64,000 nucleotides of DNA from a bacterium (GTDB taxonomy: Bacteria; Patescibacteriota; Patescibacteriia; Patescibacteriales; UBA12465). The translations under genes and the position numbers were made by a program. The stretch spans positions 8,276 to 72,275 of the forward strand of contig DAONDZ010000005.1 in NCBI GenBank assembly GCA_035402825.1, given 5' to 3'. The notes beneath the pieces are model-generated. The model worked only from the letters and a program-made list of their open reading frames with translations, did not search any database and was not told the origin of the DNA. Shown in pieces: positions 1-7,396 of this stretch. Numbering within the stretch: position 1 is the first letter of the stretch; each line of letters opens with the position of its first letter.

Positions 1-471
1 GTCTTTGGTTACTACAAAAATACTCTCGCCTTCAATATTTCCGAGATACTCTAAAATCGAAAAATAAATATAAGCGTCCTTGAAACCTTTATCAGACGTT
101 TCGTCGAATGGCGGAAGATTGCCAAGCGCAAGTTTTTTAATGTCCTCTAAAACATTTGTTGTTAAAGCAATGGTGGAATAAGGCAAGCTCTCAATTCCAG
201 CAAGTTCCAAAATCCACTTTTCTATATCAAAGTTTTTAGTTTCGTCTTCATCAATTTTTCTTAAAAAATGAAACGGATTCGATAGGAACGAATCTCTTTT
301 AGAAATAAGGTGTTTCCTTTTTTGGTTTTTTATTTCTTCGATAACAATGTCTGGAATAATAATTTCTGACACTTTCAAAAAACGCTCCAATTCAGAACGA
401 CCGCCTAAAAAATCAGCAACTGATTCGGCGTTTCTTATTGAATTTGTATCAAAAACTACTTTGTATTTCAT
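1..471 (-). CDS. PIN-like domain protein (DUF4935-like), partial; start ATG at 469-471 and the ORF runs off the window edge. It begins 4 nt downstream of the hsdS stop, consistent with co-transcription
   Basis: Manual translation of the minus strand: MKYKVVFDTNSIRNAESVADFLGG... with an N-terminal hhhFDTN motif typical of PIN-fold nucleases. No stop codon before position 1. Confidence 0.45.
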   Translation of the reverse strand, partial: MKYKVVFDTNSIRNAESVADFLGGRSELERFLKVSEIIIPDIVIEEIKNQKRKHLISKRDSFLSNPFHFLRKIDEDETKNFDIEKWILELAGIESLPYSTIALTTNVLEDIKKLALGNLPPFDETSDKGFKDAYIYFSILEYLGNIEGESIFVVTKD

Positions 472-474
472 AAT

Positions 475-1689
475 TTAATCATTAAATCCCACAACCCGAA
501 CCTCACCTTTCATCAATTTAGGCAAAAGCATACTGCGAAGAGTAGAAATAGTTTGTATTTGAGAATTGTTATTTTTTAGTTTTTTGAATGTCGGCTGAAT
601 AACTGCATTAAACTTTTTTATTATTTCATCTTCTGGCACTAATATATCAAGTGCCTTTATCATGGTTGAGTTTATAGCGGTGACAATTGATGAAGTGCTA
701 CCCAAACTATTAAAATCCAGATCTTTCAAGAATAAATAAATAAACTCAGTAGAAAAATTTGAGTTCTTTTTTATCTTTAAATGCGCAATCGCTTCATTCG
801 AAAGCATCTCCTCTGTTGTAATTGCTAATTTTCCCACTGTCATTTTAAAACTCAAAATAGCAGTGTTTTCTGGAATAACTGGAATATTAAATTTTTCAAT
901 TGCTTCGTCCGTTAAGTATTCGGAAGTGTTTGAAATATACATTTCACTATTTCCAATATCTTTTATAGAAATCCACTTTTTACCAATCGGCTTATTCGAA
1001 AACCATTCAGTTTCCAGTCTTGGCGGGGTGCGACCAATTGTAATATCAAATTCTTCTCCAATTTTCCCAGTCCTCCACCTCTCTGGGATTTTACCGAGTT
1101 CAGAATCAATTAATTTTCCATTAGCACCAGGAAAATTAAAGTTCACAAACCATTCCTTAAATATTGTCTGAGCAGTGGTCTCCAGGGTCTTATTTTGCTT
1201 CCGTAAAAACTCAATTTTATCATCTAAAGACGACAATACCGCAGCAATCGCGCGTTGTTCTGGTAAAGTGGGAGTAAGGATTAGTTTAGTTGATAACGCC
1301 CCTATTGTAATTTGAGGTTGAGCTGAACCTGTTATAACATCAGAAAAATCTCTTCCCAGCGCCCAATAATAAACAAAACCAGCGTCTAAATAGTCTTCGT
1401 TTACCTCAAAAGCAATGGAAGAATTTGTAATTGATGATTTCGCATCTGTTCTTTGAATAAAACCGCATCCAGAACCACGACAAGTAATAATTGGCTGTCT
1501 TTTTTCATATTCAAAAAAGTCTGTATACCCCCTTAATCCGCCGCCGCCGAAAACTGGGAATATTCTCTTAGTGTCTTTTGTTATAGATAAAATATCATCG
1601 GGAATGTATCTACCTTGTCGTAAAATAACAATTTCTCCTAGTGTCGTCATCTTCCATCCTTTTGGAATTGTAGAGGTTTGATCTATCAT
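475..1689 (-). CDS. hsdS: Type I restriction-modification specificity subunit HsdS (two target-recognition domains)
   Basis: 404-aa ORF with HsdS-like architecture: two variable TRDs separated by conserved coiled-coil-type repeats. Lies 2 nt downstream of hsdM. Confidence 0.8.
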   Translation of the reverse strand: MIDQTSTIPKGWKMTTLGEIVILRQGRYIPDDILSITKDTKRIFPVFGGGGLRGYTDFFEYEKRQPIITCRGSGCGFIQRTDAKSSITNSSIAFEVNEDYLDAGFVYYWALGRDFSDVITGSAQPQITIGALSTKLILTPTLPEQRAIAAVLSSLDDKIEFLRKQNKTLETTAQTIFKEWFVNFNFPGANGKLIDSELGKIPERWRTGKIGEEFDITIGRTPPRLETEWFSNKPIGKKWISIKDIGNSEMYISNTSEYLTDEAIEKFNIPVIPENTAILSFKMTVGKLAITTEEMLSNEAIAHLKIKKNSNFSTEFIYLFLKDLDFNSLGSTSSIVTAINSTMIKALDILVPEDEIIKKFNAVIQPTFKKLKNNNSQIQTISTLRSMLLPKLMKGEVRVVGFND

Positions 1690-1691
1690 AA

Positions 1692-3236
1692 TTATTCCAA
1701 GTTAAATCCAATATTTTTCAATTGTTTTTTTATTTCTTCATTTAATTTCTTTTCCTCCGCTATCTGCTCTGCAAGTTTAGCAGTTAGCCCTGTAATTTTA
1801 TCAAAAAAAGGAATGCCATCATCAATTTCATCTTGATTGCCAACATAGCGCCCCGGGGTAAGAACAAAGTTATGTTTAGTTATTTCATCTATACCAGCGG
1901 ATTTACAAAAACCTTTTATGTCTTCATATTTTCCATTTTGCTTGCGCCATTCGTGGTAGGTGCCAGCAACACGTGCCATGTCATCTTCGGAAAATTCGCG
2001 GTGCGTCTTGTCTGACATATGGCCGACTTCACTTGCGTCTATAAAAAGAATTTCACCGGTGCGTTTACGGTCACCGTTGCCTGTGCGTTTGCGAGAAATA
2101 AACCAAATACATGCTGGAATTCCAGTATTATAAAAAAGTTGTTTCGGAAGCGCGACAATACAATCCACTAAATCGTTTTCAACGAGCGACTTTCTAATAT
2201 CTCCTTCGTTGTTGGTTTGACTTGATAGTGAACCGTTGGCTAACACACACGCCATAACACCGTGTGGTGATAAATGGTAAATCATGTGCTGGAGCCACGC
2301 ATAATTGGCATTAGATGCGGGTGGTATACCATATTGCCAGCGAGGATCGTTTTGTAAAAGTTGTCCGGACCAATCACTGTCATTAAATGGTGGATTAGCA
2401 AGAACAAAATCAGCCTTAAGATCTTTGTGGGTATCATTTAAAAATGAGCCTTCGGTATTCCATTTTACCTGAGAGCCATCAATACCACGAATAGCAAGAT
2501 TCATTCGGCACAAGCGATAAGTCGTTTGGTTGCTTTCTTGACCATAAATAGAAATGTCCTCAACATTTCCGCGGTGTTCTTTGATAAATTTTTCACTCAT
2601 GATAAACATTCCGCCACTACCACACGCCGGGTCATATACTCTGCCTTTGTACGGCTCAATCATCTCTACCATGATGCGAACAATTGATTTTGGCGTGTAG
2701 AACTGGCCACCCTTCTTACCCTCTGCATTAGCAAATTCACCGAGGAAATATTCATATACCCTCCCAAGTAAATCCTTACTTTTTGCAGCCTCGGTACCAA
2801 GGGCGATATTACCCACAAGATCAATAAGTCCACCAAGTGAGGCTTTGTCCAAATTAGGACGAGCATATACTTTCGGGAGAATACCTTTAAGCGTCGGGTT
2901 TTCTTTTTCTATGGCCTCCATCGCATCATCCAAGTCCTTCCCAATGGATGGTAGTTTTGATCGAGAATGAAGATAAGACCAACGGGCAATTTGTGGCACG
3001 AAAAAAACATTTTCTGCGCGATACTCGTCGGCATCTTCAGGGTTTGCCCCTGCAAAATCATCGCCACCTACTTTTATTTTGTTATATAACTCCTCAAATG
3101 AATCTGAAATGTATTTCAGAAAGATAAGCCCAAGCACAATGTGCTTGTACTCAGCTGCATCCATATTCTTACGTAATTTATCAGCCGCCTTAAAAAGAGT
3201 CTTTTCAAATGATTCTGTTTTATTATCCTTTGCCAT
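1692..3236 (-). CDS. hsdM: Type I restriction-modification N6-adenine DNA methyltransferase subunit HsdM
   Basis: 514 aa, carrying the N6-MTase catalytic motif NPPF (LANPPFNDSDW) and the SAM-binding motif DPACGSGG. Confidence 0.9.
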   Translation of the reverse strand: MAKDNKTESFEKTLFKAADKLRKNMDAAEYKHIVLGLIFLKYISDSFEELYNKIKVGGDDFAGANPEDADEYRAENVFFVPQIARWSYLHSRSKLPSIGKDLDDAMEAIEKENPTLKGILPKVYARPNLDKASLGGLIDLVGNIALGTEAAKSKDLLGRVYEYFLGEFANAEGKKGGQFYTPKSIVRIMVEMIEPYKGRVYDPACGSGGMFIMSEKFIKEHRGNVEDISIYGQESNQTTYRLCRMNLAIRGIDGSQVKWNTEGSFLNDTHKDLKADFVLANPPFNDSDWSGQLLQNDPRWQYGIPPASNANYAWLQHMIYHLSPHGVMACVLANGSLSSQTNNEGDIRKSLVENDLVDCIVALPKQLFYNTGIPACIWFISRKRTGNGDRKRTGEILFIDASEVGHMSDKTHREFSEDDMARVAGTYHEWRKQNGKYEDIKGFCKSAGIDEITKHNFVLTPGRYVGNQDEIDDGIPFFDKITGLTAKLAEQIAEEKKLNEEIKKQLKNIGFNLE

Positions 3237-3237
3237 A

Positions 3238-3411
3238 TTATTTTTTAAGTAATTTTAATATTTCACTTTTTCTAAAACGTCGATCGCCTCGTTTACCAAA
3301 GCGAATACATTCAACCAGGCCATCCTTCTCCCATTGTCTAAGGGTGTTTGGGTGACAATTTAATAGTTCACAAGCCTGACTTAACTTTAATATTTCTTCA
3401 TTATTTTCCAT
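3238..3411 (-). CDS. Small helix-turn-helix DNA-binding protein (MerR/excisionase-family HTH), 57 aa, immediately upstream of hsdM
   Basis: Manually found ORF below the 60-aa cut-off of the track: MENNEEILKLSQACELLNCHPNTLRQWEKDGLVECIRFGKRGDRRFRKSEILKLLKK. The HTH_17-like pattern is (L..A.ELL......T...W...G.....R.G.R.RF). Confidence 0.55.
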   Translation of the reverse strand: MENNEEILKLSQACELLNCHPNTLRQWEKDGLVECIRFGKRGDRRFRKSEILKLLKK

Positions 3412-3476
3412 ATATATCTTGATTTTCTACTTAATATAACTTAACATTAGTATATATTATTACTATTGAAATTACA

Positions 3477-4244
3477 ATGATAAAAAATGACACAAAAAAT
3501 AAAGTTTCAGCAGCTCTGTTAAACGAATCATACTCTAGAATCATTGATATTTTTGAGGCAATTAAAAGTGGACTTATTTTATACACCGACGAAAACCTAA
3601 ATCAATGTTATATATCATTAGTCAAATCTATTAACAAAATTCTAGAAGAATCCTGTTATTCCGAGCTTAAAACGTTCGTGCCAGATTTTTATAAAGACAT
3701 AACAAGTAAAATAAACTTTATTGACCGAGAGTGGGATCAATATAAGGAAGAGCTTTATAATTTTTCTAGCAAAATTAATTCTTACTGTTTAACAATAGGA
3801 GCCAAAAAAGAAGTACTTAGTATTGATTTATGGAGTCCATTGTTTAATCAAATAGATGAAGCAATCACTAATCATCGCGAAACGGTAAAATATTTTTCTG
3901 AAAAACTATTAGAAAAACAAAATAACAATACCGAGAAAATAAAAATTAATATTTCCGATAATCGAGGGATATGGCGCAAAGATAATAAGACAATTCGTAT
4001 TTATGAAATAGGGATAAATACTAAAAGATTCATGATTATCAAATGTCTGAAAAACAAACAAAAAAGTGGACCTGCTTTAGCAAAATCCTACGCAAACAAT
4101 AGCCTCTCCCAGCTTAGCAAGGAGATTAAAAAAATTAACAGCCTGTTTAAAGAAAAACTTTTATTAAATGAAAATTTAATCGAAAAAGCTAACACGGGCG
4201 GATATGAATTAAATATTACTTTTTTTGATATAAATTTTGAATAA
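3477..4244 (+). CDS. Hypothetical protein (AT-rich island gene)
   Basis: 255-aa ORF followed by an intrinsic terminator; no recognisable motif. Confidence 0.45.
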   Translation: MIKNDTKNKVSAALLNESYSRIIDIFEAIKSGLILYTDENLNQCYISLVKSINKILEESCYSELKTFVPDFYKDITSKINFIDREWDQYKEELYNFSSKINSYCLTIGAKKEVLSIDLWSPLFNQIDEAITNHRETVKYFSEKLLEKQNNNTEKIKINISDNRGIWRKDNKTIRIYEIGINTKRFMIIKCLKNKQKSGPALAKSYANNSLSQLSKEIKKINSLFKEKLLLNENLIEKANTGGYELNITFFDINFE

Positions 4245-4283
4245 AAACAAAAAACCTTTAGTTGGTGTTAATAACTTTCTGGA

Positions 4284-4312
4284 AATGGCTTAATAGGCCA
4301 TTTTTTTGTTTA
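4284..4312 (+). terminator. Rho-independent terminator
   Basis: AAUGGC-UUAAUAG-GCCAUU hairpin followed by UUUUUUUGUUU. Confidence 0.6.
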
Positions 4313-4417
4313 TTAAGGTCAATAAAAAACCAATGATAAAAAATTCTAAAATACGGCAAAGTATAATTAAAGCTTTTTAATCCGGTGCACTGGTAATTTA
4401 ATAATAAAATTAAAATT

Positions 4418-4684
4418 ATGATTACCGACAAAAACAAACTGGAATACATCGACTATCGCGATGAATTTTCTACTTACGATATAGGTTTAGCTGCGGCCTT
4501 GGTTTCTTTTGGATACGAGCTTTGGGCTTTAGAAAAAGGAGAACCAAAGACAAAATTTATTTTTAAGCGTGAAACAGGTATCGAGAATACAGTTAATAGC
4601 TATTTTAACGGCAATCTGCAGGTTGATGCCCGAACAATTTTTGATAACCTAAAAATGCTCAAAAATCGCCTTTACAGTTTATGA
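4418..4684 (+). CDS. Hypothetical small protein, DUF5659-like (phage/plasmid-associated family)
   Basis: 88-aa ORF. The pattern ...ALVSFGYELWALEK...KFIFKRE...DARTIFDNLKMLKNRLY resembles DUF5659 members; the assignment is from memory, not a search. Confidence 0.4.
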   Translation: MITDKNKLEYIDYRDEFSTYDIGLAAALVSFGYELWALEKGEPKTKFIFKRETGIENTVNSYFNGNLQVDARTIFDNLKMLKNRLYSL

Positions 4685-4818
4685 AGCTTACCGGAAAAGA
4701 GATCGAGCGCTTTCAAAAAATCTATCAGGATATTTTTAACGAGAAAATAAGCTCTGATGATGCGCTTGGAAAAGGCATAGCCATAATAAACTTATTAAGA
4801 ATCGCTCTAAAAAATTAA
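4681..4818 (+). CDS. Hypothetical micro-protein (45 aa), translationally coupled to the preceding gene (ATGA overlap)
   Basis: Manually translated: MKLTGKEIERFQKIYQDIFNEKISSDDALGKGIAIINLLRIALKN. The start overlaps the stop of the 4418..4684 ORF. Confidence 0.3.
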   Translation: MKLTGKEIERFQKIYQDIFNEKISSDDALGKGIAIINLLRIALKN

Positions 4819-4824
4819 AATTAT

Positions 4825-5991
4825 ATGAACAAAGAATTCGAATATTTGGGAGCCGAGGAACTAACGGATATTCTAGGACTTACCATAAAAAAAGATAATA
4901 AAAATAAGCTTATTACTTTTCTTTGTGCCTTATCTGCTTATACAGAAGATTCCCAATTTAATTTAATCTTTAATGCTCCATCTTCAACTGGAAAAAGTTT
5001 TATTCCAACAGAAATAGCCAAACTTTTCCCAGCAGAAGATGTTATAGAAATCGCTTACTGCTCCCCAACCGCTTTTTTTCATGAGAACGGAAAATATGAC
5101 AAAGAACGAAACTCAATAATAATGGAACTATCTAATAAAATAATTATTTTTTTAGACCAGCCTCACTTGATGCTTCTTGAAAAACTTAGGCCGCTACTTT
5201 CTCATGATGCCAAAGAAATTAACCTTAAGATTACTGATAAGTCACAAAAGGGTGGTTTAAAAACCAAAAACATCATAATAAAGGGGTATCCTAGTGTTAT
5301 ATTTTGTAGCGCCAACATGAATATAGACGAACAGGAAGGCACTAGATTTATGGTGCTTTCACCAGAAGTGGATCAAGACAAGTTACGAGAATCCATAAGA
5401 GAGAAAGTACTTAAAGATACTGACATTGAAAAATATGCTACCTGGCTCGAACAAGACCCAAGAAGAATAAAATTAAGAGAACGAATACTGGCGATCAAGG
5501 CAGCAAAAATAAAAAATATTATTGTGCCCAACCCAGAAATAATATTAGAAAAATTTTTTGCAAGCAGAATTAAACTAAAACCACGTCACCAAAGAGATGT
5601 TGGGCGCATAATTTCATTAATAAAAGTTTCCGCTCTTATAAACCTGTGGCTCAGGGAAAAAGTTGGACCATCTATTATTTCTAATAATGATGATTTGGAC
5701 TTAGCCTTTTTGATCTGGAACAAAATATCAAAAAGCCAAGAATTAAATATCTCTCCTTACATTTTAGATATATACGAAAAAATAATTCTGCCCCTTTCGT
5801 CTGATAATCATGGATTAACAAAAAAAGAAATATTGGCAGAATACTACAAACGAAATGGGAGTTTTATTCCGGATTATCAATTAAGACAACAAATAATACC
5901 GACCCTAAAGGTGGCCGGATTAATTTCAGAGGACCCAGACCCTAAAGATGGTCGCTCAATTTTAATTAGACCCACAATGTATAGTGAGTGA
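4825..5991 (+). CDS. P-loop NTPase, SF3-helicase / primase C-terminal-like replication protein of a mobile element
   Basis: Walker A NAPSSTGKS, Walker B-like IIIFLDQ and a sensor-1-like VIFCSAN, spaced as in P4-type primase-helicase / D5-like ATPases. Confidence 0.5.
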   Translation: MNKEFEYLGAEELTDILGLTIKKDNKNKLITFLCALSAYTEDSQFNLIFNAPSSTGKSFIPTEIAKLFPAEDVIEIAYCSPTAFFHENGKYDKERNSIIMELSNKIIIFLDQPHLMLLEKLRPLLSHDAKEINLKITDKSQKGGLKTKNIIIKGYPSVIFCSANMNIDEQEGTRFMVLSPEVDQDKLRESIREKVLKDTDIEKYATWLEQDPRRIKLRERILAIKAAKIKNIIVPNPEIILEKFFASRIKLKPRHQRDVGRIISLIKVSALINLWLREKVGPSIISNNDDLDLAFLIWNKISKSQELNISPYILDIYEKIILPLSSDNHGLTKKEILAEYYKRNGSFIPDYQLRQQIIPTLKVAGLISEDPDPKDGRSILIRPTMYSE

Positions 5992-6027
5992 TACCGTGGG
6001 GTAAATTTATAAATTAATTTAAATTAT

Positions 6028-6270
6028 ATGAAAAACAGTGAAAAAATCATTATAACTATGTTATTTGATGAAGAAATAATTCAATGTTGTGCCGAGTCTA
6101 CAATTAAAAGAAGATTAAGTAACCTGGAATTAAACCGCCTAAGTCTTTGCTGGCCAAATTTTGATTGCACCGGTGGCGCAAGAAACGAAATCATGGAACA
6201 GTTTATTAAAGAAGTTATTGATCATGAAGACATTTGGGCGGACAAGGAATATTTTAAGTTAAAAAAATAA
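6028..6270 (+). CDS. Hypothetical small protein
   Basis: 80-aa ORF with a Cys-containing N-terminal half. Confidence 0.3.
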   Translation: MKNSEKIIITMLFDEEIIQCCAESTIKRRLSNLELNRLSLCWPNFDCTGGARNEIMEQFIKEVIDHEDIWADKEYFKLKK

Positions 6271-6600
6271 CGACAAAGGTGCGACAAATAAATTTAATAG
6301 AAGAAATCAAAACTTAAAAAATCGTGTTATCAGCGAGTAACCAATACAAAAAGAGTTAACAATATAATTTTCTTATTAAATATTAAACTAAATATAGCAA
6401 AACTTAGTACCCTTTTTTCGAGAATATAACCGGACAAAACCGGACAATAAAACGAGACAATGAGAACATTTTAAGAGTTTAGAAAATAGTAAAAAATACC
6501 CACGTTCTTTAAAAGTTTTAAAAACTACAACAATATAACGACAAAATTAAGCCTAAATCAAAGCTTTTTATTAGATCATGGGGCGGCCCTAAAATTGACA
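6241..6600. repeat. Cluster of at least 8 GACAA-core short repeats in an AT-rich, ORF-free region (iteron-like; putative origin or recombinase-binding region)
   Basis: GACAAGG, CGACAAAGG, GCGACAAATA, CCGGACAAAA/CCGGACAATA (tandem 10-mers at 6430-6449), CGAGACAATG, AACGACAAAATT and TTGACAAATT. Confidence 0.35.
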
Positions 6601-6625
6601 AATTAGCTTGATAACTAGTGCTTTC

Positions 6626-6634
6626 TGTGATAAT
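6626..6634 (+). promoter_or_regulatory. Extended -10 promoter (TGtGATAAT) driving the structured RNA element
   Basis: TG at 6626-6627 and GATAAT at 6629-6634. An upstream TTGATA/TTGACA lies at suboptimal spacing. Confidence 0.4.
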
Positions 6635-6640
6635 CTATAA

Positions 6641-6801
6641 GCGACTACCCAATTAAATGTTCACGAAACTAAGGCCCGTTTGACGGTTAGCCCGTCTTTG
6701 TCTCGCACTTGCGGATAAAGATGGGCAGTTAACCTTCCACAAGCGAGACCTTTGGGCCTTCGTGAACAGTGGGTAGTCAGGTTTGACTGCCCTTTTTTGT
6801 T
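6641..6801 (+). ncRNA. Unclassified highly structured RNA / riboswitch-like leader
   Basis: Nested long-range helices:
- GACUACCCA(6643-6651)/UGGGUAGUC(6770-6778)
- GUUCACGAA/UUCGUGAAC
- AAGGCCC/GGGCCUU
These enclose two hairpins (GACGG-UUAGC-CCGUC; GUCUCGC...GCGAGAC). An alternative terminator GGGUAGUC-AGGUUU-GACUGCCC plus U6GUU reuses the 3' strand of the outer helix. Confidence 0.5.
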
Positions 6802-6828
6802 GGGCAGATTATAATTAAAATAAAAATT

Positions 6829-7344
6829 ATGAGCAATGAAAACAAGCTCCTGGACGGAGCTAAAAAATCGTCCATCATGAATTGGGTTAAGAAACACAAG
6901 ATCTTAACCGCCATTATAATTATCTTCGTAATCGGACTGATCGGTAGTGCCATGGGGGAAGATAAAAGCACTAATAACAATATCGTCGCAAATCCTGAAG
7001 CTAATAAACCAGAAGAAAAGCAACCGGTCCAGGAGCCAGAAAAACCCAAGACTTGGACTAGCGTTTACAAAGTAACAGCAAACTCAGACAAACAAACTGA
7101 AAACTTTTCCCTTGATGGCGGACAACAGAAAATAGTATATAAGACTACCGGCAACAGCTCACTCTGCTATGTCTACGTTCTAAAGGAAGGAGCAACGCTA
7201 GACAAGAACGGCGGAATGCCAGTTGTATCAATCGACGGCGAACAAGCCGACGAAACGATGATGAGAAAATCCGATGGAAACTATTACTTGGATATCAAAA
7301 CAGTAAATGGTAGTTGCCAAATAGAAGTTCAGGAACTTAAATAA
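6829..7344 (+). CDS. Small membrane-anchored (N-terminal TM/signal-anchor) extracytoplasmic protein, hypothetical
   Basis: 171 aa with a hydrophobic segment ILTAIIIIFVIGLIGSAMG, then a low-complexity linker and a Cys-containing domain. Confidence 0.5.
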   Translation: MSNENKLLDGAKKSSIMNWVKKHKILTAIIIIFVIGLIGSAMGEDKSTNNNIVANPEANKPEEKQPVQEPEKPKTWTSVYKVTANSDKQTENFSLDGGQQKIVYKTTGNSSLCYVYVLKEGATLDKNGGMPVVSIDGEQADETMMRKSDGNYYLDIKTVNGSCQIEVQELK

Positions 7345-7360
7345 AAATGAATAACCATAA

Positions 7361-7387
7361 AAGACCGCTCCAAGGCGGTCTTTTTAA
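7361..7387 (+). terminator. Rho-independent terminator
   Basis: GACCGC-UCCAAG-GCGGUC followed by UUUUU. Confidence 0.6.
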
Positions 7388-7396
7388 AAACATAAT

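Noticed and set aside
6781-6801. Alternative hairpin CUGCCC-UUUUUUGUU-GGGCAG as the terminator
   Set aside because: It would place the U-tract in the loop, with no U-run after the stem. The GGGUAGUC-AGGUUU-GACUGCCC plus U6 structure is the canonical intrinsic terminator. The CUGCCC/GGGCAG pairing may still occur as a minor alternative.
6661-7049. Minus-strand ORFs 6661..6897 (78 aa) and 6777..7049 (90 aa)
   Set aside because: They overlap the structured RNA/terminator and the 5' end of the plus-strand gene 6829..7344, have no RBS context, and read through inverted repeats. Likely spurious.
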